Shown here piece by piece: positions 1 to 12,660 of a stretch of DNA of 64,000 bases (position 1 is its first letter; each line of letters opens with the position of its first letter). Below the pieces are notes generated by a model. That model was given only the letters and a program-made list of their open reading frames with translations, made no database searches and was not told the origin of the DNA. The DNA comes from Prorocentrum cordatum. Taxonomy: Eukaryota. Made by a program: the position numbers and the translations under genes. The stretch covers positions 806,001 to 870,000 of the forward strand of contig CAUYUJ010000003.1 in the NCBI GenBank assembly GCA_963575745.1, written 5' to 3'.

Positions 1-3000
1 GGATTCCCTGAAGGCGACAAAGATACCCATGGCCAATCCACGAGTGGAGCTCCACCGGCTTCCAGAGCCTGGATTCCTGGTCCAAAGGTTCCTTCCTCCA
101 GTGCCCAAACCGTAAGGAACGAGAACCAATTTTGGGCCCAGGCAGCGCCTGGGTGTAAGACAAACGCTAGAGTAGTTACGGGCCTGTTTGTTTCAGCGTT
201 TTTACTGTACTCGCTTCTGGCTGTCCAGGCCGTGGCCCGTCCATGACGCAGGCGCAAGATCTGCACACCGCGCACCTCTCACCACGATCACTTCTCACTG
301 CTTCTGCGTCTGGCTGCCCCTGGCCCTGAGATTGATGCGGCGAGCCCTGGGCCGACTGAGCCAGAGACTGGGTAAGCGCATTGCCGACCCGGAAAACCTC
401 AGCGTTTACAGGTGACTGGTTTGACCGAGCTCCTCACTCACGCCCACCCTGTAAGATCGGTCAGTATCGAATCGAATCGGGAAATGGGACCGAGTCCCGG
501 CCTGCGTCGGATCGGGGGCGCAAGCTCGATCCGCCTGAATCTCCATCCGCCCGGCTCGATTCGCCCGGCTCGATTCGCCTAGGCTCAGTTCGCCGACTCT
601 CGACTCGCCCGGCTCCGCCCGCCCGACCCGACTTGGCCGTTAGGGTCCGTCTGCCCGACTCAATCCGCCCGCTCGGGTCCGCCCGCCCGACGCGACTCGC
701 CTGTTAGGGCTCGCGCGCGTTAACTCGATGACGCGCCCTACTTTAATGTCCCGCCCGCCCGACCCGCGCCGACGTTAGGGTGCACCCCCGCCCGACCCAC
801 CCCGCCCGTTAGGGTCCGCCCGCCCGACCCGATCCGCCCGCTAGGGTTCGCGCGTGCTACCTCGATGATGCGCCCTAACCTCAGTAAGTCTTTAGTTTTG
901 AGCCCCCCCCCTTCTCTCGGCGGTGAATGGGACTGGTCCTAGAACCTCCTCGTCGAGGCAGAGATTATTTTCCCACAATTGTTGGGCGGGCTGGATAATG
1001 TTGGGGGGTCTTTCTCCCAAGGAATAATGCCCCACCCAAATGGTGGAAACGGAATCGCGCAGCAGCGCAGCTGGATGTCGCCCCTTGTTTCTGGCCTTCA
1101 TGTGCCTGGTTCAAGAAGGTGGAGCTTGAGAACATAGCAAACGCTAATACGACTTCAGTGCGATTTATCTAGAAGCGCGGGCGCATGCCACTGCAATTCG
1201 AAGGAAGGACTGGAGAACAACACTCGGGAAAGCAAGCACTGATTGGTAGGCCACTCCAGAGGCCCAGGGTCCCAATCCTGTGAGACCTCGAATTTAGCTC
1301 ATGCCCTCCTCGCCTGAGAAGTGGCTCCACTCATAGCTGGACTGAGCTGAACTGTCATGGGTTTACACCGCGCACACACACACAGAGGCACAGCAAGTCA
1401 CGCGCGGAATAAGTACAGGGGTGCAGCACTACCTCCGCCGCTGCTGGGGCCTTCGGACTGCGAACAAGGGCTCAAATGAAAAACGAACTGATTCCACAAT
1501 CAGTGTAATCCAACCGTCGCCGTGCACAACGCACTTTTTACGTCAGCCGCGGTGCACCTCGGCGCAAAGCATCAACAAGTCTCCGGACGGAGCCCATTCC
1601 GCCGTGCGAACGGCCGTTGCGGCGTGCAGGTCGGAGTGTTGAGGGGGGCGGGAGGAGGGAAGCTGACGAATTCGGTGGGAAGGCATTTAATCGAGTTCTC
1701 TGCGCAAAGACGCCCACGCGACTGCGAAATGGTGGGGCTGGAACATAGAAGGCGCGTATGTGAAGGGACACGCGGGGGAAAACATACAGGGAGCGCGGCG
1801 ACAGCACCACGCTACGTGATCCTCCATCCCTCTCCTCCCACGACTCCTGCTCCCAACCTTGAGGTTGGCAGATATGAACGTCGCTGCAAAAACGCATTCG
1901 GAAACACAGCCGGTCCCGCACGACTCTCGAAGTGAGTGCCGATAAAGATTGAGGCGCAAGGGAGACGTCGAGGACACCTGCTAACGGGGATAGATTGACG
2001 AGGCCGATTGCAGGGCCGTGCCGTGGGGAAAGTCGAGACGGTGCAGCAGATGCGAACATCGATGGCTGAGGAATCGGGTAAACAAACGAGTGACGAGACT
2101 GACAAAGGGACGAGGAGGAAACTTTGCACGACGGGGCGAAGGCGGGAAGGGCAGACAGCGAAAGAGTCCATACTTGCCTGAAAGATGCGGGAGAAAGACC
2201 TTGACCTAGACCCGACGGGGCTTCGAGGAGAGAGGAGACCGCGCAGCCGCCCTACGAAGTCACGGGCTGAACGCGAAGCCTCCCTCCGCTCACCGCCTTC
2301 CCTCCGCCTTCCCTCCTTATCCGCCTTTCACCGCCCTCCCGCCTCGCCTCGGCCTCTCTCGGACCTTTCCCTCCGCCTCCTCCTGCTGCTCCCTTCTGAA
2401 CTCCTCCTCCTTTTCCTCCTTCTCATCCTCCTCATCCTTTGCCTCCTACTCCTCCCCCTTTTCCTCCTCCTCCTCATCCACCCTTCTTTTTCCTTCTTGG
2501 AAACTCTCCCTGTCTCACCTCGGGGCTGGTCGAAAGGGCGGGTGGGCGTTTCGCCTGGGCCGGGACTTCCTGACCATGTATGATCCTGAAGCTTAATAGT
2601 TGGTAACAGCTTCGCGGATGGAGGGCGGGTAGTTTTCAAAAGGTGGCAATTTGCAAAAGTTCAGCGGCTTGAAGGCGGGTGGCTTTCAAAATGTGGTTCT
2701 CGCCATAGCGCCGCGCACGTTCGGTTTAAACATGTGCCAGAGTTCAACGGATTGATGGTGAATCGTTTGTTAAATGTGGCTCTCGCCCTACCTCCGCGCA
2801 CAACCGTTACAACGAATGCAGGAGCTTCACGGATTGAGGGCGGTTCCTTTTCCAAATGTGGCTCTCGCCATGGCGCTGCACACATTCTCGTTTTCTATAT
2901 GTGCAAAATATTCGCAAAATCCCATGGTTGACGTACCAGAAACGGCGTTGTGTAACGATCCAGCACTGTCAGGGCGCAGCAGTTCCGTTGATTCGCGCGG

Positions 3001-3222
3001 TGTTGAAGTCACCAGAATAATTATTCATCACGATTCAAGATGTCAAGACGCAGTCAGGTCGACACGTAGCGTTGAAGTTCCGAGAACGGGATTTTGGCAT
3101 GCTTCGGGATCTTCAAACAATTGTCTCCCAACGGGGCACTTCCCTCACTGAAATGAGCCCTTGTAAAAGGCCTACGAAGAGGGAGCTTGGAGAGAGGGTT
3201 TATCCCAACATCGTTGGTGGAT
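1..3222 (-). CDS. 3' exon chain of an unknown multi-exon host gene, running off the left edge
   Basis: Candidate exons with AG acceptors and GT/GC donors join in phase: 3172-3222, 2519-2585, 2123-2177, 1978-2065, 1858-1883, then 946-1105 (HMKARNKGRHPAALLRDSVSTIWVGHYSLGERPPNIIQPAQQLWENNLCLDEE, GAG|gt), 276-397 (VFRVGNALTQSLAQ...) and an exon starting at 148. Additional small exons near 1240-1700 are ambiguous. No family recognised. Confidence 0.5.
480..880. repeat. Intronic imperfect tandem repeat (GTTAGGGTCCGCCCGCCCGACCCG-like)
   Basis: Recurring GTTAGGG and CCGCCCGACCCG motifs. The unit TAGGG-TCGCGCG...CTCGATGA-GCGCCCTA occurs twice (about 705-740 and 843-878). Confidence 0.7.
2640..2890. 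repeat. Short dispersed direct repeat (AAATGTGGCTCTCGCC motif)
   Basis: Three degenerate copies at about 2688, 2772 and 2854. Confidence 0.55.
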
Positions 3223-3239
3223 CTTGGGTTTGCAATTGA

Positions 3240-3480
3240 CCTCCCCCTCCTTCTTCATTGCCTCCTCCTCCTTTCCTCTTCCTCATCCTCCTCGTCCTCC
3301 TTTGCCGCTTTCTCCTCCTCCTCCTCATGCTCCTTTGCTTCCTCTTCTTCTTCTTCTTCCTCCTCCTCCTCCTCCTCAACCTCCTCCTCCTCTTCCACAA
3401 ACCCTCCTCCTGCTGCTGCTCCTCCTCCTCCTCCTCGTTCAACTACTCCACCTCATTTAACTTCTCTTCCTTCCTCCATC
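3240..3480. repeat. (CCT)n/(CTT)n low-complexity tract
   Basis: Seen directly. Similar tracts at 2370-2500, 14380-14790, 21220-21740 and 22600-22705. Confidence 0.9.
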
Positions 3481-3881
3481 CTTTCGAAAATCTGCCCACG
3501 GCCTTCTCCAGGGTTGCGTCTCGACCAAAACTGCGGAGGGAATCTGGCCGCGGCGACCAGAAGCCCTGCCGGGACGCACCGGAAGCCAAAAAACACGCCC
3601 AAGGACCTGGAACCATGGCGCTCCGCCGTGGCCGTGAGGCTGCAACTGGATGCGAGAACTTATCCAAATCCACCGCCTGGGATCCGACGCCTTGGTCTTG
3701 GTGCCCGAACGGGCGCCGGATATGGATGCACATTCTGGGCCTCGGGGGCCCAAACCTATCCATGTCCATCGCGCGTGGAGGTCCGCGAAGACCCATCCCC
3801 TCTGCGCTTCTAGACTGCGCTGTAGTAATTGAATGGGATACAGAGAGAGACGCGATGCGCAAATGGGGGGGGCCCGTGCTT

Positions 3882-3915
<34 letters not shown>

Positions 3916-4049
3916 CATGTTTTTTTGTCCTTTTACGGGGGCTCGCGCGCGCCCGCTGCCGGCCCGCATCCGAGACGGCCGCGGGGCAACGGAGGTGAGA
4001 GCGAGGCGCAGGAGGAGGAGAGGCTGAAATGAGCATAACAACCACAGTT

Positions 4050-7000
4050 CCTACCTTTCTTGTTTCGGCCGAAACCTTAGCCAGGGCATCAGCTCATCAA
4101 CAGCTTCTTCGTCTGGTCGTAGCCACTCTGATCGTAGCCATTCAAGATACCAATGACGTCACTTCATCCCCAGGTCACCCGTGACAGGTGGCCGCTCCAG
4201 CCACACGAACACACATGCCTGTAGGAACACCTCTAGGAAAGACCCCCACAAGGATCGTCACTCCTCTGACCATGATCGGACACAGACTCGCCCGCAGACT
4301 CCCCCATTTCCATCATGAACCTCCTCGGCACAGAGTTGGTCGGCCAATGGGGGATACCCGTCCGCTCCAGGAAGCGGGCAGCAGCACTAAGCTCGATTGC
4401 CCAGTGCGGAACACAACGTTCGTCCTTGGATATGATTGCGGGGTGAAAAAATCCGAGCTCAGACATCTTCAAATCAGCGTCCTCGACCGGGTCGGCCGAG
4501 TACGCATGTGCACTCGGAAATGCAAATGCGAATGCCTTCGCACTGAGGTACATCCTGACCGTGCGATTCCATAGTTTGTACCATCCGAAGAAAGGTTCCT
4601 TCTTCTGGACCTTGTCATAGACCTCTCTCACCGTCGCAGTATGGACCCAGAGGTCGGCAATGCAAGCGCTACCTTCAGTCTGCCACCGCTGCCGATGGAT
4701 TTGCTGCCCAGGGCAGTTCGCTCGACGCTTGCGAACGACCTCCATCTCGAAGAAGCATGAGTACAAATGCAACTCGGGGCCGGCGTCGGAGGGCATGTGA
4801 AGCACGTAGCGATCGCAGTTGCCACGGCGGCGTTCTCTCTCTCAGCTAGCTCCAAACCTTCTCGGCACTGGAAGGCCCTGGCCCCAGCATGTACATGCCA
4901 CGCTCGCTCCAGATGGAAGCGAGATCTGCCCGGTTGGCGCCGTGGCGCGCCGTCTTGAGCTCTGGCTCCTTGTCACTGGCGAGAGCCATGTCATGCATCA
5001 TCTCCCTGTCGCCCGTCATCTTCAAATCGATGGACCACCGCTGTCCTGTCGGGTACTTGATCGGACCAAGCTCGAAAGGCCCCTCATCTTTGTCCTGTGA
5101 CTGCCCCCTGGCAGAACTGGAGCCGCCCTTGCGTCTTGCATCCCAAATCGAGCTGCTAGCGCCACGGCGTCCAAAACAGTCGTAGCGATGCTGAGCATCG
5201 ACCACAGCACCGTTCGCCACGTCAAACTTGACACAGGTCCCCGAAGCAGGACCCATCATCTTCTCGAGGACGTACCTGATTCACTTGACGAGCTTGTAGT
5301 TATTCTTCCCGTGCGCACGGATGTGCAGGTCGGCAGGTCCGAAAGCGATCTGGCCCTGCTCATCCAGTGACTCTTCCAGCAACGGATAGGAGAGGTACTG
5401 TTCGAGGCCCACAATGGCAATCACGGCCTCCGTGGTCGCTTTCCCTCCTGGGGGGAAGATCGTTCGCATCTCTGCAGCGCGCGCGCTGCTTTTGATACCT
5501 CCTGGAAAGTGGCGAAGAGGCGCTGCGCCTCCTCGTGCTGTCACCGGAAGTTCGTTTCGTCATTGTGACCCAAGTTCCTGGGTGACCAGCTCACCGTCTT
5601 TCACCAGTTCCCCCCAGCTGGCATTGATCAGGACGTTCTCCTCTTTGCGCTCGTGCAAGTAATTGGTGCCAACATGTTGGTGGTCGTCGTCGTTCATTGC
5701 ACTGACAAGCGCCAACGCTGCCGGGGTCCAGGCTGGTGGGTTCTTGAGATCTCGCCAGGAGAACCGGCCCGCTGGGTGCGACCTGGCGGGGCCCTTGATG
5801 TCGAACGGTGGGCCCCTCGCGGATTCGTCTTCGCGCGCGGTGCCTCCGTCGCAGTGGGCCGCGGGCGACGAGTAGTCGCTCTCCGCCTCGCATGGCGCGA
5901 GGATGTCGCTCACGGCGCTGGTATCGAAGGTGTCGCGCGAGTTAGCGATCTGAACGGACTCGGCGATCGGCTTCGTCACCATTAAAGTCGTCCGCGCGCT
6001 GACCGCATTACACTTCTCATGTTGACGGCAAACCGCCAATGTATTTGCCAGGCGCTTGTCCACGGCAGTGGCGCCCTCGTGCTCCTTCCGGCCCAGCGCC
6101 TCCTGAAGTCGGCTCTTCAGGGCCAAGTAGTATTTCAGATCGTCCGTCGGCCAGCATTCGTCCTGTTCTGGTTCCGCAGGTGACAGCTCCTGCCGCGGGA
6201 TGCGCATGCTCTCACCCAGAGCCCGCTGAATCTCGAGCTCCGACACTTCCCGCTGCATCCTCTGCACGCGGGGCTTCTTCACATCGTGAATATACATCAG
6301 CGGCGGGCGGCGCCGCTGAAGATACTCCTCCAAGTGAAGGAATTTCCCGATGTACACCCAGGCGCGGTAGTCGTCTCCTGCTGGAACTCCTCGAATGCCT
6401 GCGCAGCCCTGGTAGGCCATCTCGCGGCGGAGCCGTTTCTGTGGACCTCGAACCATCGGATGCTCCGCATGGAAGATCCCGTAGTTCATGTGATTCGGTT
6501 TGAACGCCTTCTGCTCTGGGGAAGCTGGCATGTCTACCAGGGTGTCCAGGATCGCCTCCACTCCAGATTCCTTCGTAAGCCCAATGCAGGCTGCAAGCCT
6601 GGCGGCGCAGTCGAAGTCACCATCGTGCTTACAGGCGGCGTCCAAGGCCCTCCGATCGATCATCCCGCCTGGAGCGCCGATCTGGAGCGACGATCCAACC
6701 TTCGTGCTCCGACGGTGGTCCAAGATGGACACGCTGCCCTCGTCGTTGGCGACCACGACGTACACCCCGACAGGTCCATGTACTTCGGTCTGGGGGGGCT
6801 CGGCCTGGTGGCTGCTGGGTCGGCGCGACAAGGTCGGCGGTCGCTTCTCGCGCGGCAAACTCCTGCGCTGGTGGCGCAGCGAGCGAGGACGATGCAGCCT
6901 ACCCAGTGGCCTTTACTTGGGCCATGAACCTTGCCTCGAACATCGCCTCGACCGGCGTCTCGGGCTGCTGCGACTGGTCATCGTCTGGATAATCAGACGC

Positions 7001-8740
7001 TCCGCCCGGCAATCCACCGCTGGGATCCCCGTCGTGCTCCTCATCGCCCCCGCTGGAGCCGTCCTCCATGACTTCCTTCAGCAGCTTGGCCGGATTTGTC
7101 CTTGTTCTTCCTGTTTATACGGCGTATCCTGGTTTTCTCTCGTTGCGCCTCGACTGCCGTCTTGGTCAGAGGTCGCGCGCGCTTGCTGAAGGGCACCCGT
7201 CAGAGCCTCTGCTTCGTCGGCTCTCGCGGCCCCTAGGGCCCCCCCGCGTCGCCCCCCGGGTCGGCCAGCGCGCAGAAGTTCGACCTCTTATAAATGTTGG
7301 CGCACTTGATCCGGTGGATCCGCGCCCGCAGCATTTCCCTGAAGTAGCGATTCCACGCAGTCCAAGTGTAAAGCAAGCACGCAGACTGCGCGGCACGATT
7401 CATCCTGGGTCTCTGGATCCGCTGCGTCTCCGATCCCGCCGCGTAGCGATGAAGAAAGTTCGGGAATCCTTGGGCGCGTCCCTCCTTGGAGCCTTCAGCC
7501 ACCTCTGGTTCCACGATATCTCTGACATTGGTCTACAGCACATCCAACTGCCTCCTCGCTCGAGTGAGCAAAGCTCCGCTTCGCGACGCTGCTGAGCGAG
7601 GGCCGCCGTGGTCTGACTCAGTCATCTCCGGGTAGCGATCGAGCTTGATCTGCTGGGCAGCAGCGTTTGGTCGTCTCCCTCTCGGCGTAGATCAGCGATC
7701 ATTCGCACGCGGGAAAGTGTCCCTCCCTCATGGTGCCCCGCGAACTCGGTGGCAACCCTCGGACGCGAATCTCGGCCTCTAGATTCTGACAGTTGGCCAT
7801 CAGGAGCGTTGCGTGGCCACGAAGGTGATGGAGTTTCGGAGGAGACCCCGAAGGCGTCCACTCACGGGGGATGGGCTCGGGAAGCGCCCCTTTGCCCACG
7901 CGCTTGTCAAGGGGCTTGCTGTGCTCCTCGATCTCCCGAGCCCGATTGCCGTTCTCGACCTGGCGCATCTGGGCCCCCAGACCCATGATGTCCGCGGCGC
8001 GCTCATGTCGGGCCGGAGGAGTACCAGAGCCAACGTCCTGCATCGGCTCGAAGTTCACGTCTTCGCTCTCAGATCCCCCCCCCGGCGATCGAACCACGAC
8101 CCCTCGAACTCTCGAGACGAGACTGGGCGTGAGGATTGCGCGCGGCCGTCGAATCGCGCTGCTGGCCGCGCAGCTTCTCGCCCACGTCAGAAGCCCCCTT
8201 CAGCGCCATGACCCCAGAAGCCATGCAGGCATCATCTGGGCGCGTCTGTTCCAGAGTCCTCTGGAGGAAGTCACGAAGGCCCTCGTGCTCTGAGGTCGCC
8301 TTCTTCTCATCTCGGAGCTGTTGAAGGAGAACCTGGCAAGGGCGATCGGAGTCAGGCCCAGCTGGCGCCGAGCCCTCGGTGGAGGACGAGGCGAAAGCCT
8401 GTCTTGCGCAGCTTTTAGGACCAGCAAGGGGGCCATCGGCCGCTCCTGCCGAACATCCACCGGGGCTGGCCTCATTTTCGCATGCCGTGTCGTAGATTTC
8501 CTCGTCTTCGTCTGCGTCGTAGAACACCTCGTCGCAGTCGAAGTCCACCTGTTGGTCCCCCGAAGCGGGGGGCTGCAGCAGACCGAGATGCAATCCTGGT
8601 TCTTTGGGCGGCATGGCCCCGCAGGCCGGGAGGCCCCGGCCGCGGGGCCAAGGTCGCGAGCCAGAGGCGGCGGCGCAACGCAACGTTACGACATGGACCC
8701 AACAACTTCTTCGCAAGGAGGGCCGTAAAGATAATGCCAC
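4050..8740 (-). mobile_element. Decayed transposon-like polyprotein element (Gag-like N-terminus, Nudix-like domain), no RT seen
   Basis: Intronless colinear ORF pieces broken by stops and frameshifts: 8069-8740 (MPPKEPG start), 7699-8097, 7233-7514, 5560-6858, 5281-5544, 4846-5259, 4233-4805. The Gag assignment rests on position and composition only. Confidence 0.5.
6559..6771 (-). pseudogene. Degenerate Nudix hydrolase-like domain
   Basis: VGVYVVV...ILDHRRS...IGAPGGMID...AARLAACIGLTKESGV follows the Nudix layout (beta strand, ILxxRR, PGG, AAxRELxEExG). The G (GGG) and K (AAG) codons are each one transition from Glu (GAG). Confidence 0.6.
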
Positions 8741-8946
8741 GTAGACAGCGGATGCGATGCGGTGACAGGCGGAGACAAGGAAGTGGAACGTTTCGGAGGT
8801 ATGGGAGGCGACGCGCGAGACGATGAGGTTGTAAGCATCGAAACATTTGGTATCGGATTGTGTTCCCCGGTAACCGGCCGAACAACTTACCTCCGTCCCA
8901 TCTGCGCCGCTTCTCCGGCAATGCGTAACTTAGCCGTCACCATATG

Positions 8947-11340
8947 TTAAAATAAAGGCCGCACGCTGCCCTTAGACAAACCACCCGCGGGAATAAGTTC
9001 ACGTGGGAACCAGCGGCACTGCCCGCCGAGATTCTCCAAGGAGTCCTGAATAACCGCAATATCCAAGGCTGCTATCTTCCCCGTAGAAGGAAACTGTTCC
9101 CGGTTGAGGCAATCGCACAATGACTTGGCGTCGGCCATGGTGATGATGTCCAAGTCAGGGTTCCGCCCCATGATCGTCGTCGCTCGGAGTTCTCGCGTCG
9201 TAGCATGGCGACCCCGGAGCTCATGCCGGGAAGTTTTCGCCGCGGGAATCCAGGAGGTCGCGCGTTCTGCCTCGGCCAATCCTCCCGACGTAGAATTGGG
9301 CTCCACTGCGACAGTGGAACTTCCAGCGCGATCAGTCTTGTGAGAATGCCGCGTGAGAATGCTAACGTCCGCCCCCTGGCCAACGCGCACGTCCTGCTCT
9401 GCAGCGCAGATCATGTCGCCTGTCTGCGAACGCCCCTGTCCCGCGCCATTGATATCCAGCCCAGAGTCGCAGAGGGCGACCAAACGAAGTCGAGAACAGG
9501 GCATGGACTTGACGGCGATCGTCTCATTGGCATCCGTGAGGCGCCGCAGAGCCGCACTGGCCTCAATCGGACACTTTGGATTTGGGCCAGGTGCTGCTCA
9601 GTAGAGATGCGTCTCCATTGCCAATGGGCATTCCTTCCCTGCGCGCCCACTTGAACTCCCCGCGCGCATGCGCACGCACGCACTCCGCGCACAACAACGA
9701 TTTATTCACGCGTTGCTGGGAGTTCAGGGCCCCTGCAGCGCCCGCGCGGCAAGTGAATAGGTCGCGCGCCTTCTGCAAGGTACCGAATCATCCCAATCGT
9801 AAAATCGAAGTTCTTATGTTGTCGCAGAGTGCGTCCGCCGCACTCGATGGCATCATCCATGGATTCTGTCGCTTTCCGAACTTGAAGCGCTTGCGGAGGC
9901 GCGACATGGCATCGAAGACCTTGTCTCAAATTAAACCCCCAACAAACCTTCTGTTTCGAGGGCAACGAGCCCAGAAAATTACACTCTGCACCCGCTATTT
10001 GTCTCTTACACTATTATATCGAATAACGCGCGATGCAAGAGGGCGTCGAGTAAAACCGCATGCCTTGAAAACTGCCAGGAGGCTTCTCCGCCAGCCTGGA
10101 GGGCCGGTAACCGAGCAGCGACATTATGTCCGCAACTCATTCACGATCATATATATGTATATAAAGAGATGTCGGGTCTTCTCCAGGAATACCACCCGCA
10201 GGGGGTGATGCAAAAAAGAAATTCTCGCTGACTCCGCAGGCCCTGCGTAGAAACGGATTGACATCGCCGCCCCAGGTCTTCGCCTTGATAGAGGGCAAAA
10301 GTTGCAGAGCAAGAGGAACACTCGAGGTCGATGTCGATGGCGCGCGCACAGCACGGTTCGATACAGCGATGTCAGGACCGCGAAACCCTTGGATGATCCA
10401 CCTGCACATCGCACCGTAACTCTTGGGCACCGACGGGCCGTTCAGCCTGTTATCGCGGTCAGCCCCCTTGTCTTTCCACTTGTCATGCCGGCGAGATGGG
10501 ATGGCGCGTTGTGGATATTTGCGGTGGATTTCTGCAGCAGAAGCTCCTCGATGAATGCGGGCGGCGCTAGGGCCGTCTGGGCCAGCAGCGTGCACCTCTG
10601 ACCATTATTTCCGTCGGCTGCCTTTGGGGCCAGCGACGCGCTCTCTCAAATGCCCAGGCAGCGGGTTGATGTTGATCTCCTCCTCGGCACGCTTCTTCTC
10701 GATGAACAATGATCTCGGAAAGTCCATGACAGCAGCCTCGGACCGACGAGCAGTATACATGTCAAATTCGGGAGTCTCGAGCGCCCCTAACAAATCGCCC
10801 CACCTGAACATTGCGGTCGCTGTAGACGCACGATTTAACAAGCTCATCCGCAGGCAGGGCCGCTGCAGCATCCGCAGAGAGGGCCGCTGCAGGCGCGGCG
10901 GTGGTCGGCGCTGAGGTGGCAGGCAGGCTGCCGCACTAGCGAGCCAGAGCATGCCCGAACTTCGCGTCGTCGCGCTGGAAGCCCCCTCCGGCGCAACAGG
11001 CGGGGAGGTCTGGAAATCATAGACCGGATCAGTAGACAGGCGCTCTGGATCAACGGAATCATCGGAGAGCAGCGTCGCTGGCAGACGTTGGGCAAACCCA
11101 ACAAACCCGTTGCACGCGCGACAATGAACTCCGGTTTCGAGGTCATTCATTGTCATTGCGTGCGTGGCTGAAGTGGGGATCCGTGGTGAGGATTATGCTT
11201 GTTGCGTTGTTGTTGTTGTTGTTGAACTCCCACTACTGAGGAATAACTATTGTTGATCCCCCCTCCGGTGCACATTGCATTGTTTAATTGAAATGCCCCT
11301 CCCGGCGCTCGCACCCTGTTTTGTTTATCAGGGAAAGCTT
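8947..11340 (-). mobile_element. Decayed Ty1/copia LTR retrotransposon internal region (integrase remnant, RT, RNase H)
   Basis: RNase H at 8947-9504 (LVALCDS..SQTG..STVAVE..DAKSL..DIAVI..RWFP..LSK). RT pieces at 9500-10600 (IPSR..KWK..CRWIIQGF..PD..GDV..ASPP.GGIPGED; KWARREGMP). Post-integrase RLPATLLSDD near 11060. Frameshifted QNxxxERRGGAF-like integrase motif at about 11290-11330. Domain order INT-RT-RH is copia-type. Confidence 0.9.
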
Positions 11341-11689
11341 TCCTCCTCAATATGCGTTGTTGGCCCCTGGGTTACAACAACAATGGCTCCCGCTTGAGAC
11401 CGCCTCACAAGTTAGCCAGGACCCCCGCTCCCGCCCGAGACTTCCTCGCATGTAATTCAGGAATCGGGCTCTCGATTGGGACTCCCTTGCCATTTATTCA
11501 GGAATCGCTCTCTCGGCGCTCTGGAGTCGCGCTCTCGCTGGAGACTTGCTTGCAGTTTACTCAAGAATAGCGCCCTTGCGTTGGAATTTCCCGCAATTTG
11601 CTCAAGCGCCGCGCTCCCGACACTCAGGCAACCAGGAATCGCGCTCACGCTTAGGACCCCCTCACAGACGATTTAGGAATCGGGATTTC

Positions 11690-12560
11690 GCTGCCTTTCG
11701 TGGCCCCGTTGCAGCCCCTCGTGGCCCCCTCGCTGCCCTTCGTGGCCCCGTTGCAGCCCTTCGTGTCCCCATAGCTGCCCTTCGTGGCCGCGTTGCAGCC
11801 CTTCGTGGCCCCCTGGCTGCCTTTCGTGGCCCCGTTCAAGCCCTTCGTGGCCCCTTCGCTTTGTTTCGTGGCCCCGCTGTCGCCCTTCGTGGCCCCCTCG
11901 CTGCCCTTCGCGGCCCCATTGCAGCCCTTCGTGGCCCCCTCGCTGCCCTTCGTGGCCCTGTTGCACCCCTTCGTGGCCCCTCTCGCTGCCTTTCGTGGCC
12001 CCGTTGCAGCCCTTCATGGCCCCTCTCACTGCCCTTCGTGACCCCCATCGCTGCCCTGTGTGGCCTCTTCGCAGCCCTCCTTGGCCCCCTCGCTGCCCTT
12101 CGTGGCCCCTCTCACTGCCCTTCGTGGCCCCCTCGCTGCCCTTCGTGGCCCCATATATGCATGCCGCTCGTTCGCGCCCGTCGTGGCCCCATATGCATGG
12201 CCCTCGTGGCCCCTTTCGTGGCCCCCTCGCTGCCCATCGTGGCACCGTTGTTGCCCTCAGTGGCCCCGTCCTTGCCCTCCGCGGCCCAATATACGCATGC
12301 CCTTCGTTGCCCCCGCTCGTTCGCGCGCGCCGCTGCCCCACGTGCATGCCCCCCTTGGACCCGCTGTCGCCCTTTGTGGGCCCCTTGCTGTCCTACGTGG
12401 CCCAGTTGCTACCCTCAGCGGCCCCGTCGTTGCCTTCTGTGGCCCGCATTATCTGCCCTTCGTGGCCCCCGCTCGTTCGCGCTCTTCGTGGCCCCATGCG
12501 CATTCCCTTCTTGTCCCCGCTGTCGCCCTTCGTGGTCTACTTCGTGCCCTTCGTGCCCCT
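11690..12560. repeat. 21-bp minisatellite (GCCCTTCGTGGCCCCCTCGCT)n
   Basis: Tandem units read directly, degenerating toward 12560. Confidence 0.95.
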
Positions 12561-12660
12561 GCTGTCGTTCTCTCTCTCGGTTTCGCTTTCGCTCGTCGTC
12601 GTCGTTATCGCCGTCGTCGTCGTCGTCGACGTCGTCGTCGTGGTCGGTCCCCTGTCCGTC

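Noticed and set aside
635..880. TTAGGG motifs as telomeric repeats
   Set aside because: They are isolated hexamers inside a longer repeat unit, not tandem arrays.
1538..2059. AlkB-like look of the 173-aa ORF (HGPAIGLVNL..MRF..VVLSPRSLYVF)
   Set aside because: No in-frame HxD, distal His or RxxxxxR motif. The region is better explained as small exons in another frame plus introns.
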